In this document: in pieces, positions 43,763 through 55,574 of the stretch
How the letters are laid out: the number at the start of each line of letters is the position of its first letter
Position numbering within the stretch: position 1 is the first letter of the stretch
NCBI GenBank assembly: GCA_016791045.1
Contig: JAEUNO010000019.1
Coordinates: 137,532 to 201,531 of the forward strand
DNA from: Methyloversatilis sp.
GTDB lineage: Bacteria > Pseudomonadota > Gammaproteobacteria > Burkholderiales > Rhodocyclaceae
Direction of reading: 5' to 3'
Length of the DNA: 64,000 nt
Notes under the pieces: model-generated
Told to the model about the DNA's origin: nothing
Databases searched by the model: none
The model's input: the letters and a program-made list of their open reading frames with translations, nothing else
Translations under genes and position numbers: made by a program

Positions 43763-44659
43763 ATGAAGAAGTTCCTGCTGATGCTTTTTGCCACCGTCGT
43801 CGGCTTCGGCGGCATGACCTACGAAGCCGAAGCCAAGCGGCTCGGCGGCAGCAAGTCGTTCGGATCGCAGCGCGATTCGTCGGTGATGAAGCGCGACGCC
43901 ACCCCGGCGCCGGCACAGAACACATCGTCGGCGACGCAGCAGTCGGGTGCCGCCGCCGCTGGCGCCGCAGCACAGCCTGCCAAGCGTTCGTGGATGGGTC
44001 CGCTGGCCGGTCTGGCCGCCGGTATCGGTCTGGCCGCACTGGCGTCGCACCTCGGGTTCGGTGAAGAACTCGCGTCCTTCATGATGATTGCGCTGCTGGT
44101 CGTCGGCGCGCTGGTGTTGTGGCGCATGTTCGCCCGACGCAGGTCGGCCGCTCCGCAGCAGGGCATGCAGTACGCGGGGGCAGCCGCCGGACGCCCGGCC
44201 TACGCGCCGCCGCAGGCTCAGCCCTTCGACGCACCCGCCGCCGGATCCGCCGCAGCGACCGCAGCGGCAACCGCGCCGGCGCACATTCCCGCCGATTTCG
44301 ATATGGCCGGTTTCCTGCGCCAGGCCAAGCTGAACTTCGTGCGCCTCCAGGCCGCAAACGACGCCGGCGATGTCGAAGACATCCGCAGCTTCACGACGCC
44401 GGAAGTGTTCGCCGAGATTCGCATGCAGATCCAGGAGCGCGGCAGCGAGCCGCAATCCACCGATGTGGTGCAGGTCGAGGCCGTGCTGCTCGATGTCAGC
44501 ACCGAGGACACGCAGTACGTCGCCAGCGTGCGCTTCTACGGCCTGATCCGCGAACAGGCGGATGCGTCGCCGGAATCGTTCGACGAAGTGTGGCACCTGT
44601 CCAAGCCGGTATCGGGCGACCGCGGCTGGCTCATCGCCGGCATCCAGCAGATGGAATGA
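43763..44659 (+). CDS. Tim44-like domain protein
   Basis: ATG 43763 with SD GGAGA. Signal/anchor MKKFLLMLFATVVGFGG, a second TM segment, and a C-terminal Tim44-like fold (FDMAGFLRQAKLNFVRLQAANDAGDVEDIRSFTTPEVF). Confidence 0.85.
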   Translation: MKKFLLMLFATVVGFGGMTYEAEAKRLGGSKSFGSQRDSSVMKRDATPAPAQNTSSATQQSGAAAAGAAAQPAKRSWMGPLAGLAAGIGLAALASHLGFGEELASFMMIALLVVGALVLWRMFARRRSAAPQQGMQYAGAAAGRPAYAPPQAQPFDAPAAGSAAATAAATAPAHIPADFDMAGFLRQAKLNFVRLQAANDAGDVEDIRSFTTPEVFAEIRMQIQERGSEPQSTDVVQVEAVLLDVSTEDTQYVASVRFYGLIREQADASPESFDEVWHLSKPVSGDRGWLIAGIQQME

Positions 44660-44665
44660 GCGGGG

Positions 44666-45259
44666 ATGAGCACGCTGCTCGCTGCGACCGCACTGAAGGT
44701 GCTGAATCACCTGCTGGCCCAGACGCCGGGCGCGCAGGAGAGATTGTCTGCACATGCCGGCCGTCACGCGCGGCTGGCGGTCGGAGAGGTCGCTGTGGCG
44801 TTTGCCATCGCACCTGATGGCACGTTGGCCGTGTCGGCGGAAAGCACTCCGTCCGTCACGCTGCGTCTGCCCGGGGATGCGCTGCTGCGCCTGCCGCACC
44901 AGGGTGAGGGCGTACTGCGCGAGGCGCGCATCGAAGGCGACGCTGCACTGGCGGAAACACTCGGACAGGTGCTGCGTTCGCTGCGCTGGGATGCCGCCGA
45001 AGACCTCAGCCGCGTGGTCGGCGATGTGGCGGCCGAGCGCATGGTCGGCGGCGCCCGCTCGATGTTGTCCGCCGGCGGCGATCTGGCGAACCGGTTCGCC
45101 AGCGCAGGTTCCGAATACGTCGCCGACGAAGCGCAGATGTTGATTCGCCCGGCGGCGTCCGCGGCGTTCGCGTCGGATGTGGACACCCTGCGGGATGATT
45201 ATTCCCGTCTGCAGAAGCGCATCGAGCTGCTCGAACGCAGCGCTCAGGCAAAGGACTGA
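44666..45259 (+). CDS. ubiJ: Ubiquinone biosynthesis accessory factor UbiJ (SCP2-like)
   Basis: 197 aa. LNHLLAQTPGAQERLSAHAGRHARL N-terminus, position after ubiE and the Tim44-like gene, and a C-terminal amphipathic helix. Confidence 0.75.
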   Translation: MSTLLAATALKVLNHLLAQTPGAQERLSAHAGRHARLAVGEVAVAFAIAPDGTLAVSAESTPSVTLRLPGDALLRLPHQGEGVLREARIEGDAALAETLGQVLRSLRWDAAEDLSRVVGDVAAERMVGGARSMLSAGGDLANRFASAGSEYVADEAQMLIRPAASAAFASDVDTLRDDYSRLQKRIELLERSAQAKD

Positions 45260-46734
45260 GCACGCCACCACGAGGAAAACGCCGCCCGCTGTACGGGTGA
45301 CATCCGCACGCCGCAACGGGTGCGGCGCCACATGACGTCTTCGGCATCGGTTGCCCACTCGTGTGCGGCACACCAGCGCGCCTCAGCCTCGAACAGGCCC
45401 CCGCCGAAATCGCGGCCCGGGTCGCCGGTGCCGCGGGTGTACTCCCCGATCAGCCGGGCAGTCAGTGTCCCGTGACGACGCCACAGCGCGTCAATCCAGT
45501 CCGTCGGGAGGATGCCGGCCTCCCGGTGCAGCGTGGCGAGCGCTGCCGAACCGGCGGAGCCGGACCCGGGGAGGTCCCGGTCAGCGGTCGATGACCGGGT
45601 GGCGTGGCCGAGCGGGCCATTCAGCAGATCAACGGCCGTCTCGGCAAGTCGTCTGTAAGTCGTGAGCTTTCCGCCCTGCACGGTGAGCCAGGCGCGCTGG
45701 CCATCCGGTGTGTCCAGCGACAGTCGATACTCCCGGCTCGCCGTACGGGCATCCCGTCCATCCCCACCGATCAGCGGTCTCATGCCGCTGAACGCCCACT
45801 GGATGTCATCGGTGTGCAGGCGCCGCCCGAAGGCGCGCTGGATTGCCGACAGCAGGTATTCGAGTTCTGCGGCGGTTGCACCTGATGCGGACGGAGAATC
45901 GAGCGCCGTTTCGGTCGTACCGACCAGATGCGAATGCGTGTCCCATGGAATGACGAACACCACGCGCCGATCGGGCTGTTGCAGCAGCCAGGCATCGTCA
46001 CCCGCGTGCATCCGTGGCAGCAGAATGTGCGTGCCCTGCACCAGCCGCACCGGCGGCGGTGGCGCACCGCGCAGTCTTTCCACTTCTGCCACCCACGGTC
46101 CGGCGACGTTGACCACGCAGCGCGCGTGAATGTCGCGCCTCCCGGCGCGTCCAGCCAGCGTGCATCGCCAGCCCCCCGCCGGATCGGGGCTCGCCGTGAC
46201 CAGCGCATGCCGGGGCAACACCTCCGCGCCATGGGTACGGGCATCCATCAGATTGGTCAGTGTCAGGCGGGCGTCGTCGACCCAGAGGTCGAAGTAGGCG
46301 TGGGCGCCGGAAACCGGCCGACCGAGTTGGCGAAGCAGAGGAAAGTCCGGCGGCAGCCGTTGCGAAGCCGGCAGACTGTGACGACCGGCAAGCAGGTCGT
46401 ACAGCCTCAGGCCGATTGCGAGCATCCAGGCTGGACGTTCGCCGGTGTGCGGCACGATGAAGCGCTGCGGACGAACCAGATGGGCCGCAATGCGCCCGAG
46501 AATTTCGCGCTCGCGCAGGGATTCGCGCACCAGCCCGAACGCTGCCTGCTCCAGATAGCGGATGCCGCCATGGATCAGCTTCGTGGACGCCGACGAGGTG
46601 GCACCGGCAATATCGCCACGGTCGCAGACGACGACCGACAAACCCCGCAACGCGGCGTCGCGCGCAATGCCGGCACCATTGATGCCGGCACCGACGATCA
46701 GCAGATCATGCGATGGCGAAGCCATGGTCGGCAT
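45244..46734 (-). CDS. glpD: FAD-dependent glycerol-3-phosphate dehydrogenase
   Basis: 496 aa. LLIVGAGINGAGIARDAALRGL...ATSSASTKLIHGGIRYLEQ. Confidence 0.9.
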   Translation of the reverse strand: MPTMASPSHDLLIVGAGINGAGIARDAALRGLSVVVCDRGDIAGATSSASTKLIHGGIRYLEQAAFGLVRESLREREILGRIAAHLVRPQRFIVPHTGERPAWMLAIGLRLYDLLAGRHSLPASQRLPPDFPLLRQLGRPVSGAHAYFDLWVDDARLTLTNLMDARTHGAEVLPRHALVTASPDPAGGWRCTLAGRAGRRDIHARCVVNVAGPWVAEVERLRGAPPPPVRLVQGTHILLPRMHAGDDAWLLQQPDRRVVFVIPWDTHSHLVGTTETALDSPSASGATAAELEYLLSAIQRAFGRRLHTDDIQWAFSGMRPLIGGDGRDARTASREYRLSLDTPDGQRAWLTVQGGKLTTYRRLAETAVDLLNGPLGHATRSSTADRDLPGSGSAGSAALATLHREAGILPTDWIDALWRRHGTLTARLIGEYTRGTGDPGRDFGGGLFEAEARWCAAHEWATDAEDVMWRRTRCGVRMSPVQRAAFSSWWRAQSFA

Positions 46735-46763
46735 TCTGCGCCAGATCAGACGGCTGCCTGAAA

Positions 46764-46790
46764 CGAAAAAGGCAGACCAAAGTCTGCCTT
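46764..46790 (-). terminator. Rho-independent terminator after atpC
   Basis: On the minus strand, GGCAGAC-TTTG-GTCTGCC (46771-46788) is followed by TTTTTCG. Confidence 0.75.
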
Positions 46791-46816
46791 TCCCGTGTCA
46801 TGCACTGCCGGAGCGC

Positions 46817-47239
46817 TCAGTGGCGCTTGCGCAGCTTCTGGATCGCCGCGAGTTGGGCGACGGCAGAAGCGAGTTCCGCCTGCGCAGCCGCGTAATCCAT
46901 CGAGGCGTTGCGGTTCGACAGCGCCTCTTCGGCCTGGCGCTTGGCGTCGAGCGCCTTGGCTTCGTCGAGATCGGAGCCGCGGATCGCGGTATCCGCCAGC
47001 ACGGTCACCAGACCCGGCTGCACTTCGAGCAGGCCGCCGGCCACGAACACGAACTCTTCGGCGTCCTGGTTCGGCAGCTTGATGCGCACTTCGCCCGGGC
47101 GGATGCGCGTGATCAGCGGCGTATGACCGGGCAGGATGCCCAGTTCGCCGCTTTCGCCCGGCAGCACGACGAATTCGGCGAGCCCGGAGAAAATCTTCTC
47201 TTCCGCGCTGACCACGTCGACATGTACGGTCTTGGACAT
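46817..47239 (-). CDS. atpC: F1 ATP synthase epsilon subunit
   Basis: 140 aa. [13 protein letters not shown]...LPGHTPLIT. Last gene of the atp operon. Confidence 0.93.
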   Translation of the reverse strand: MSKTVHVDVVSAEEKIFSGLAEFVVLPGESGELGILPGHTPLITRIRPGEVRIKLPNQDAEEFVFVAGGLLEVQPGLVTVLADTAIRGSDLDEAKALDAKRQAEEALSNRNASMDYAAAQAELASAVAQLAAIQKLRKRH

Positions 47240-47304
47240 AAGTACTCCGTGAATGCTGCCCGTGTGCGGCAGCGGGCGAACCCGTTACCGCACACGCCGG
47301 TGCA

Positions 47305-48711
<1,407 letters not shown>

Positions 48712-48743
48712 CTATCCCCAATACAAAAAATCATTGTGCGCGA

Positions 48744-49613
48744 TCAGACTGCAGCGGCGCCGCCGACGATTTCGGACAGCTCCTTCGTGATCGCCGCCTG
48801 GCGGGTCTTGTTATAGACCAGCTGCAATTCGCCGATGACATTGCCCGCATTGTCGGAGGCCGCCTTCATGGCCACCATGCGCGCGCTCTGTTCGGACGCC
48901 ATGTTCTCGGCCACTGACTGATACACCAGCGCCTCGACGTAACGGACGAGCAGTTCGTCAATCACCACCTGCGGGTCCGGCTCGTACAGGTAATCCCACG
49001 TGCCCTGCGGCGTACCGAGGCGATCACCGGTCAGCGGCAGAAGTTGTTCCATCACCGGCTCCTGCTTCATCGTGTTGATGAAGCGGGTGAATGACAGATA
49101 CACCGCGTCGAGCTCGCCGGCCTGGAAGGCGTCGATCATCACCTTGACGGTGCCGATCAGCTTTTCCAGATGCGGCGTGTCGCCCATCTGCGTCGCCTGC
49201 GACACCACCTTGGCGCCCATGCGCTGCATGAAACCCAGACCCTTGTTGCCGATGGCGGCAACGCGGATTTCGGTCGAGCCCTTCGCTTCCCATTCCTTCA
49301 TCGAATTCAGGGCAAGGCGCAGCACATTGGTGTTCATGCCGCCGCACAGACCCTTGTCGGTCGTGACGACGATGATGCCGACGCGCTTGACTTCGCCGAC
49401 GGTCGCCAGGAACGGATGCTTGTACTCGCTGGCGGTGGCGGCGGACAGATTGGCGGCAAGACGACGGATCGTGTCGGCGTAGGGACGGGCAGCCCGCATC
49501 CTGTCCTGCGCCTTGCGCATCTTCGATGCAGCCACCATCTCCATCGCCTTGGTGATCTTCTTCGTGTTTTGCACGCTCTTGATCTTGGTACGGATTTCTT
49601 TTCCGCTGGCCAT
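48744..49613 (-). CDS. atpG: F1 ATP synthase gamma subunit
   Basis: 289 aa. [36 protein letters not shown]. Confidence 0.95.
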   Translation of the reverse strand: MASGKEIRTKIKSVQNTKKITKAMEMVAASKMRKAQDRMRAARPYADTIRRLAANLSAATASEYKHPFLATVGEVKRVGIIVVTTDKGLCGGMNTNVLRLALNSMKEWEAKGSTEIRVAAIGNKGLGFMQRMGAKVVSQATQMGDTPHLEKLIGTVKVMIDAFQAGELDAVYLSFTRFINTMKQEPVMEQLLPLTGDRLGTPQGTWDYLYEPDPQVVIDELLVRYVEALVYQSVAENMASEQSARMVAMKAASDNAGNVIGELQLVYNKTRQAAITKELSEIVGGAAAV

Positions 49614-49634
49614 GGTTATCTCCGGTCCGCGCGC

Positions 49635-51176
49635 TTACGCCCAGCTCTTCTTGAACTCGGCCACCGCGGCAGCGAGCGCCTTTTCCGATTCGCCATCGAG
49701 ATCCTTGGTGGTCTCGATCTTGTTCATCAGATCAGGGGTCTTCTGCTGCAGGTACTGGTGCAGGGCCGATTCAAAAGCGAGCACGCGCGGCACTTCGACG
49801 TCGTCGAAGTAGCCGTTGTTGGCGGCGTACAGCGACACACCCATCTGGGCGACGGACAGCGGCGAGTACTGCGGCTGCTTCATCAGTTCCATCACGCGGC
49901 GGCCACGCTCGAGCTGCTTGCGGGTCGCTTCGTCGAGGTCGGATGCAAACTGCGCGAAAGCGGCCAGTTCGCGGTACTGGGCCAGCGCCAGACGCACACC
50001 GCCACCCAGCTTCTTGATGATCTTGGTCTGGGCTGCACCACCGACGCGGGACACCGACACGCCCGCGTTGATGGCGGGGCGGATACCGGCGTTGAACAGG
50101 TCGGTTTCCAGGAAGATCTGGCCGTCGGTAATCGAAATCACGTTCGTCGGAACGAAGGCGGACACGTCGCCGGCCTGCGTTTCGATGATGGGCAGCGCGG
50201 TCAGCGAACCGGTCTTGCCCTTCACTTCACCGTTGGTGAACTTCTCGACGAATTCCGGATTCACGCGGGCGGCGCGCTCGAGCAGACGGCTGTGCAGGTA
50301 GAACACGTCGCCCGGGTAGGCTTCGCGACCCGGCGGACGGCGCAGCAGCAGCGAAATCTGACGGTAGGCGACGGCTTGCTTCGACAAGTCGTCATAGACG
50401 ATCAGCGCATCTTCGCCGCGATCGCGGAAGTATTCGCCCATCGTGCAGCCGGCATACGGTGCGAGGAACTGCATCGCTGCGGAATCGGATGCCGTGGCGG
50501 CAACGACGATGGTGTAGGCCATCGCGCCGTACTCTTCCAGCTTGCGCACCACGTTGGCGATGGTCGAGGCCTTCTGGCCGACCGCCACGTAGATGCAGGT
50601 CATGTTCTGACCCTTCTGGTTGATGATGGCGTCGATCGCAACCGCGGTCTTGCCGGTCTGGCGGTCGCCGATGATCAGCTCACGCTGGCCGCGGCCGACC
50701 GGCACCATCGAGTCGATCGACTTCAGGCCGGTCTGCACCGGCTGCGAAACCGATTGACGTGCGATCACGCCCGGGGCGACCTTTTCGACCTTGTCGGTCA
50801 GCTTGGCATCGATCGTGCCCTTGCCGTCGATCGGCTGGCCGAGCGAATTGACCACGCGGCCGATCAGTTCCGGGCCGACCGGCACTTCCAGGATGCGGCC
50901 CGTGCACTTGACGGTCTGACCTTCGGAAATGTGTTCGTAGTCACCGAGCACCACCGCGCCGACGGAGTCGCGCTCGAGGTTCAGCGCGAGACCGAACGTG
51001 TTGCCTTCGAATTCCAGCATTTCACCCTGCTGCACGTCATCCAGACCATGCACGCGCACGATGCCGTCGGTCACCGAAACCACGGTGCCTTCGGTGCGCG
51101 CCTGCGCGGTCAGGTGCAGGTTCTGGATCCGGCTCTTGATCAGGTCGCTGATTTCAGACGGATTGAGGTTCATCAA
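49635..51176 (-). CDS. atpA: F1 ATP synthase alpha subunit
   Basis: 513 aa. Walker A GDRQTGKT and canonical alpha-subunit sequence throughout. Confidence 0.97.
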   Translation of the reverse strand: MMNLNPSEISDLIKSRIQNLHLTAQARTEGTVVSVTDGIVRVHGLDDVQQGEMLEFEGNTFGLALNLERDSVGAVVLGDYEHISEGQTVKCTGRILEVPVGPELIGRVVNSLGQPIDGKGTIDAKLTDKVEKVAPGVIARQSVSQPVQTGLKSIDSMVPVGRGQRELIIGDRQTGKTAVAIDAIINQKGQNMTCIYVAVGQKASTIANVVRKLEEYGAMAYTIVVAATASDSAAMQFLAPYAGCTMGEYFRDRGEDALIVYDDLSKQAVAYRQISLLLRRPPGREAYPGDVFYLHSRLLERAARVNPEFVEKFTNGEVKGKTGSLTALPIIETQAGDVSAFVPTNVISITDGQIFLETDLFNAGIRPAINAGVSVSRVGGAAQTKIIKKLGGGVRLALAQYRELAAFAQFASDLDEATRKQLERGRRVMELMKQPQYSPLSVAQMGVSLYAANNGYFDDVEVPRVLAFESALHQYLQQKTPDLMNKIETTKDLDGESEKALAAAVAEFKKSWA

Positions 51177-51183
51177 AAAACTC

Positions 51184-51720
51184 CTAGTTCTGTAGCGCAG
51201 TGGCCATGGCGGCGAGCTTGCCGCGGACCGAGGCGTCGATCACTTCATCACCGACCGCAACCTTCACACCGCCGATCAATTCCGGATCGATGCTCACCCG
51301 TGCCTCGAGGCGACGGCCGAAACGCGGTTCCAGATCGGCCAGCAGACGCGCCACGGTGGCGTCGTCCATCGGAAAGGCCGAACTGACGTAGGCCACGGCG
51401 TTGAGCTCGTGATCGTTCTTCAGGCTGACAAACTGCTCGCACACTTCGGGCAGCAGCGACAGCCTGTTGTTCTGGGCCAGTACGCGCACGAAGCTGCGGT
51501 GCTCGTCGGTCAGTTCGCCCGGTACCGCGGCGAGGAACAGGAAGCCGCGATCCACGGACGTGCGGGTGGGATCTGACAACAGCTGACGAACGGCCGGGTC
51601 GGACGCTGCTGCCGCCATGCAGCCCAGCGCATCGGCCCAGGCAGACAGCGCACCGGCTTCCCGGGCGAGCTGGAAAGCCGCTTCGGCGTACGGTCGAGCG
51701 ATGGTGACGTTCTCTGCCAT
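51184..51720 (-). CDS. atpH: F1 ATP synthase delta subunit
   Basis: 178 aa. [15 protein letters not shown]-terminus (OSCP family). Operon position. Confidence 0.9.
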   Translation of the reverse strand: MAENVTIARPYAEAAFQLAREAGALSAWADALGCMAAAASDPAVRQLLSDPTRTSVDRGFLFLAAVPGELTDEHRSFVRVLAQNNRLSLLPEVCEQFVSLKNDHELNAVAYVSSAFPMDDATVARLLADLEPRFGRRLEARVSIDPELIGGVKVAVGDEVIDASVRGKLAAMATALQN

Positions 51721-51724
51721 GGTG

Positions 51725-52198
51725 TCAGCTCAATTCCTGTTTCAGGTTGGAGAGCAGATCGGCGTGGGTTTGAGCGTTGATTTCGCGGCGCAGGATGCGT
51801 TCGGCGCCAGCGACTGCAAGCGCTGCCACCTGATCGCGCAATGCGTCCTTGGCCTTCTGGGCAGCGGCACCGGCTTCGGTGGTTGCGGCTTCGCGGGCGG
51901 CGGCGATGATGCGATTGGCTTCCGCACGGGCATCCTCGACCAGCTTGCCGGCCTGCTTTTCAGCGCCTGCGCGGAGCTCGGCGGCAGATTCGCGCGCGGA
52001 GCGCAGCTCTTCCATCGAGCGCTTCTCGGCATTGGCCAGATCGGCCTTTGCCTTGTCCGCAGCAGCCAGTCCGTCAGCGACCTTCTTCGCACGCTCGTCG
52101 AGTGCCTTGACGATGGGCGGCCATACGAAATTCTTCGTAAACCACACGAACGACAGGAACACCACGAGCTGGATGATGAGCGTTGCGTTCAGATTCAC
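51725..52198 (-). CDS. atpF: F0 ATP synthase subunit b
   Basis: 157 aa. N-terminal TM helix, then a long charged helix ([21 protein letters not shown]...). Confidence 0.9.
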   Translation of the reverse strand: MNLNATLIIQLVVFLSFVWFTKNFVWPPIVKALDERAKKVADGLAAADKAKADLANAEKRSMEELRSARESAAELRAGAEKQAGKLVEDARAEANRIIAAAREAATTEAGAAAQKAKDALRDQVAALAVAGAERILRREINAQTHADLLSNLKQELS

Positions 52199-52243
52199 GG
52201 CAACTTTCCCTTCAATGAGTCGGTGTTGGGGCGGTTGCCTGTC

Positions 52244-52489
<246 letters not shown>

Positions 52490-52535
52490 TTAATGATAAG
52501 AATAGAAAAACAACAACAACCTGATGAACTGCAAA

Positions 52536-53417
52536 TCAGTGACCGTCATGCGCCTGGCCGATGTACACCAGCGTCAGCATCATGAAAATGAATGCCTGCA
52601 GCGTGATCACCAGGATGTGAAAGATCGCCCAGGACAGACCGGCAACGAAGTGGCCGGCGGCGAGCAGGATGCTCGGTGCGTTCATGCCGGTCCATGCGCC
52701 ACCCATCAGCGCGATCAGCATGAAAATGAGTTCGCCGGCAAACATGTTGCCGAACAGTCGCATGCCGTGCGACACGGTCTTTGCGAGGAATTCGATGACG
52801 TTCATCGCGAAGTTGAACGGCGCCAGCAGGATGTGGTTGCCGAACGGCGCCGAAATCAGCTCGTGGAACCAGCCACCGGCACCCTTGATCTTCACGTTGT
52901 AGTACAGGCACAGCAGCAGGACGGCGATCGACATCCCCATCGTTGCGTTGATGTCGGCGGTCGGCACGACACGCATGTACGCATGGTGCGGATCGTGGCC
53001 CGCTGCGGCATAGACACCTTCCCAGATGCGCGGCAGCAGATCGACCGGCAGCAGGTCCATCGCGTTCATGAAGAAGATCCAGACAAACACGGTCAGCGCG
53101 AGTGGCGCCACGAAGCGGCGTGATTCTTCGCTGTGGATCATGCCCTTGGCCTGATCGGCGACCATTTCAACGAGGATTTCGACGGCGGCCTGGAACCGGC
53201 CCGGAACGCCCGACGTGGCCTTGGCGGCGGCGCGGTGCAACAGGAACACCGTCAGCAGGCCGAGCACGATCGAATAGAACAGCGTGTCGACGTTGTACAA
53301 CCCGAAATCAATCAGGTTGGCCTGCATCTCGCCGGAATTGTTCAGGAACGTGAGGTGGTGGGCGATGTACTCGCCCGCGGTGGGAGCGGCGTGCGTCAGT
53401 TCGGTTCCGGATGCCAT
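52536..53417 (-). CDS. atpB: F0 ATP synthase subunit a
   Basis: Start taken at ATG 53417 (MASGTELTH...), 1 nt after the atpI stop. HGMRLFGNMFAGE with the essential Arg context. Confidence 0.92.
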   Translation of the reverse strand: MASGTELTHAAPTAGEYIAHHLTFLNNSGEMQANLIDFGLYNVDTLFYSIVLGLLTVFLLHRAAAKATSGVPGRFQAAVEILVEMVADQAKGMIHSEESRRFVAPLALTVFVWIFFMNAMDLLPVDLLPRIWEGVYAAAGHDPHHAYMRVVPTADINATMGMSIAVLLLCLYYNVKIKGAGGWFHELISAPFGNHILLAPFNFAMNVIEFLAKTVSHGMRLFGNMFAGELIFMLIALMGGAWTGMNAPSILLAAGHFVAGLSWAIFHILVITLQAFIFMMLTLVYIGQAHDGH

Positions 53418-53418
53418 G

Positions 53419-53769
53419 TCAGTGTTTGAGCAAGAAAGCAAAAAAACCAGCCTGCAGCGCGACGGCCAGACCTCCGACAAACCAGCCCCACATGAGGTCC
53501 GGCACGAGGTAAAGGCTCAACGCCAGCAGTCCAATCGTCGAGAGGATCTTGATCGCCTCGCCGAAGAAGAATTCGAGCGGATATGCGTTGCCGGACGCCG
53601 AGGCAACTCTCGTCAGACGGTTCAACCTGAGGGCGAACAGCAGTGACGGGAGCGCGTAGCTCAAACCGCCCAGCAGCACGGACAACCCTGCAAGCGTCCC
53701 ACCGAACAAAAGCGCACAACCGGTAGTGACCAGAATCAGCGAAAGCTGCAGCATGACCGCCTTCAGCAT
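53419..53769 (-). CDS. atpI: ATP synthase protein I
   Basis: 116-aa hydrophobic protein, first in the operon. Usual position and size. Confidence 0.75.
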   Translation of the reverse strand: MLKAVMLQLSLILVTTGCALLFGGTLAGLSVLLGGLSYALPSLLFALRLNRLTRVASASGNAYPLEFFFGEAIKILSTIGLLALSLYLVPDLMWGWFVGGLAVALQAGFFAFLLKH

Positions 53770-53911
53770 GCCTGCTCTTTCCGTTGCACAGCGACTTTCC
53801 GGCCCACTGCGCGAACCTGTCCGATCAACTACGTCAGCGTCGCTTGCGCGACATCCCCATCTGCATTGCAGCGGCGCACATGGAACTTATGCGCCACACA
53901 CAAAGTCCGCG

Positions 53912-53940
53912 ATGATACATGAGCTTACAAGACCGGTCAA
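53912..53940 (-). promoter_or_regulatory. Sigma-70-like promoter for the atp operon
   Basis: The minus strand reads TTGACC (complement of 53935-53940), a 17-nt spacer, then TATCAT (complement of 53912-53917). Lies about 140 nt upstream of atpI. Confidence 0.5.
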
Positions 53941-54006
53941 TTGAAGCGGCGCGCAGATTCAGGGTCGCCGCGCGCGCTGCACGTTGCGCCGCAACATGGT
54001 CCGGGC

Positions 54007-54042
54007 TTGACGCGACGCGCCAATTAGTCGATATTTTTCGAC
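54007..54042 (+). promoter_or_regulatory. Sigma-70-like promoter plus inverted repeat (candidate ArsR operator) abutting the arsR-family ATG
   Basis: TTGACG (54007-54012), a 17-nt spacer, then GATATT (54030-35). Inverted repeat GTCGA-TATTTT-TCGAC (54027-54042). ATG at 54043 with no SD, implying a leaderless or near-leaderless mRNA. Confidence 0.45.
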
Positions 54043-54354
54043 ATGAAAAACGCGTACCGATCGGACATCCCGCCGGAGTGGCTGCACCTGTCGCAGGTCT
54101 TTGCGGCGCTGGGCGATGAAGAACGCCAGCGCATCCTGCTGCTGTTCGAGCCGGGCGCCCGGCTGAACGCCAGCGACATCGCCCGCGCTTCGACATTGAG
54201 CCGCACGACCGTGTCGCACCACCTGAAGCTGCTGTGCGACGCCGGCATCCTCGAACGGTCGCGACACGGCCGCGAGGTCCATTTCCGGCTCTGTGCCGCA
54301 ACATTGATCGGCCACCTGACGAGCGTGATCGACTATCTGGAAGATCACCGATGA
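54043..54354 (+). CDS. ArsR/SmtB-family transcriptional regulator
   Basis: 103 aa. LSQVFAALGDEERQRILLLF...ASDIARASTLSRTTVSHHLKLLCDAGIL winged-HTH. Confidence 0.85.
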   Translation: MKNAYRSDIPPEWLHLSQVFAALGDEERQRILLLFEPGARLNASDIARASTLSRTTVSHHLKLLCDAGILERSRHGREVHFRLCAATLIGHLTSVIDYLEDHR

Positions 54355-55574
54355 CCACCGCCGCCACGCTGTGCCGTTCGCCATCGACGGGCGCGTCGTT
54401 CCCGACCTTCGACGGACTCGATGTCGCGGCGCTCGCCGATCGCGTCGGCAGCACACCGTTCTTCGCCTACGACGCCGCGGCGATCGAATGGCGCATCGAC
54501 ACGCTGCGCGCGCAGCTGCCCGCGGACGCGCTGCTCTGTTATGCGGTGAAAGCCAATCCGCTGCCGGCGTTGCTGCGCCGGCTGGCACCACGGCTGGATG
54601 GCGCCGACGTCAGCTCCGGCGAGGAGATACGGCGCGCACTGGCGGCCGGTTTCGACGGTGCGCAACTGGGTTTCACCGGTCCGGGCAAAAGCGATGCGGA
54701 CCTGACGCTTGCGGTGCGCCAGGGCGTGCGCCTGTGCGCGGAATCGATCGGGGAGATCGGTCGCATCGCGCGCATCGCGGCACGCGTAGACCTGCCGGCG
54801 CGGGTGGCACTGCGCGTCAATCCGGATGTTGCCGTGTCCGGCACGCAGGTGCGCATGAACGAGGCGGGTGTATTCGGCATCGACAGCAGCCAGCTTCCGG
54901 CGGCACTGCGCGCAGTGCGCGACCACCGACTCGTATTCGCAGGCTTCCACTACTACTGCGCGTCGCGCATGCTCGACGCCGATGCAGTGATCGCGCTGCA
55001 TGCGTTCTGCACGGCCGACGCGCTGCGTGCCGCCGATGACGCCGGGCTGACGCTCGAATGGCTCAATCTGGGTGGCGGCTTCGGCATCCCGGCCAGTGCG
55101 GACGAGGCACCGCTCGACATGGCTGCGGTCACCGCGCACCTGCACCACGTCGACGCACGGCTGAAGGCAGCGCATCCGGCTGCGCGCCTCGCGCTCGAAC
55201 CGGGTCGTTACCTGGTCGGCGAGGCCGGCATCTACGTCTGTCGCATCCTCGACCGGAAGACGGTGCGCGGACGCACCTGGCTGGTGGCTGACGGCGGCGC
55301 CCATCACCACCTGCACGCCACCCTGCAGCCCGATCGTACGCACGCCGCCAATCTTCCGATGACGCTGCTGCAGGCCGTACCGGACACCGGGGCGGAATGC
55401 GTCAGCATCGCCGGGCCGCTATGCGCGCCCTTCGATGTGCTGGCACGCGACATCACGCTGCCGGTCGCGCAACCGGGCGACCTGCTCGTGGTGTTCCAGT
55501 CCGGCGCGTATGGCGCGAGCGCGAGCCCGGTGAATTTCCTGGGTCATCCGCCGGCCGCGGAGATCGTGCTGTGA
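54351..55574 (+). CDS. PLP-dependent decarboxylase, Orn/DAP/Arg decarboxylase (fold-type III) family
   Basis: 407 aa from ATG 54351 (ATGA overlap with arsR). PLP-Lys context CYAVKANP, GGGFGIP, LEPGRYLVGEAG, and C-terminal GPLCAPFD...FQSGAYGAS. Confidence 0.88.
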   Translation: MTTAATLCRSPSTGASFPTFDGLDVAALADRVGSTPFFAYDAAAIEWRIDTLRAQLPADALLCYAVKANPLPALLRRLAPRLDGADVSSGEEIRRALAAGFDGAQLGFTGPGKSDADLTLAVRQGVRLCAESIGEIGRIARIAARVDLPARVALRVNPDVAVSGTQVRMNEAGVFGIDSSQLPAALRAVRDHRLVFAGFHYYCASRMLDADAVIALHAFCTADALRAADDAGLTLEWLNLGGGFGIPASADEAPLDMAAVTAHLHHVDARLKAAHPAARLALEPGRYLVGEAGIYVCRILDRKTVRGRTWLVADGGAHHHLHATLQPDRTHAANLPMTLLQAVPDTGAECVSIAGPLCAPFDVLARDITLPVAQPGDLLVVFQSGAYGASASPVNFLGHPPAAEIVL

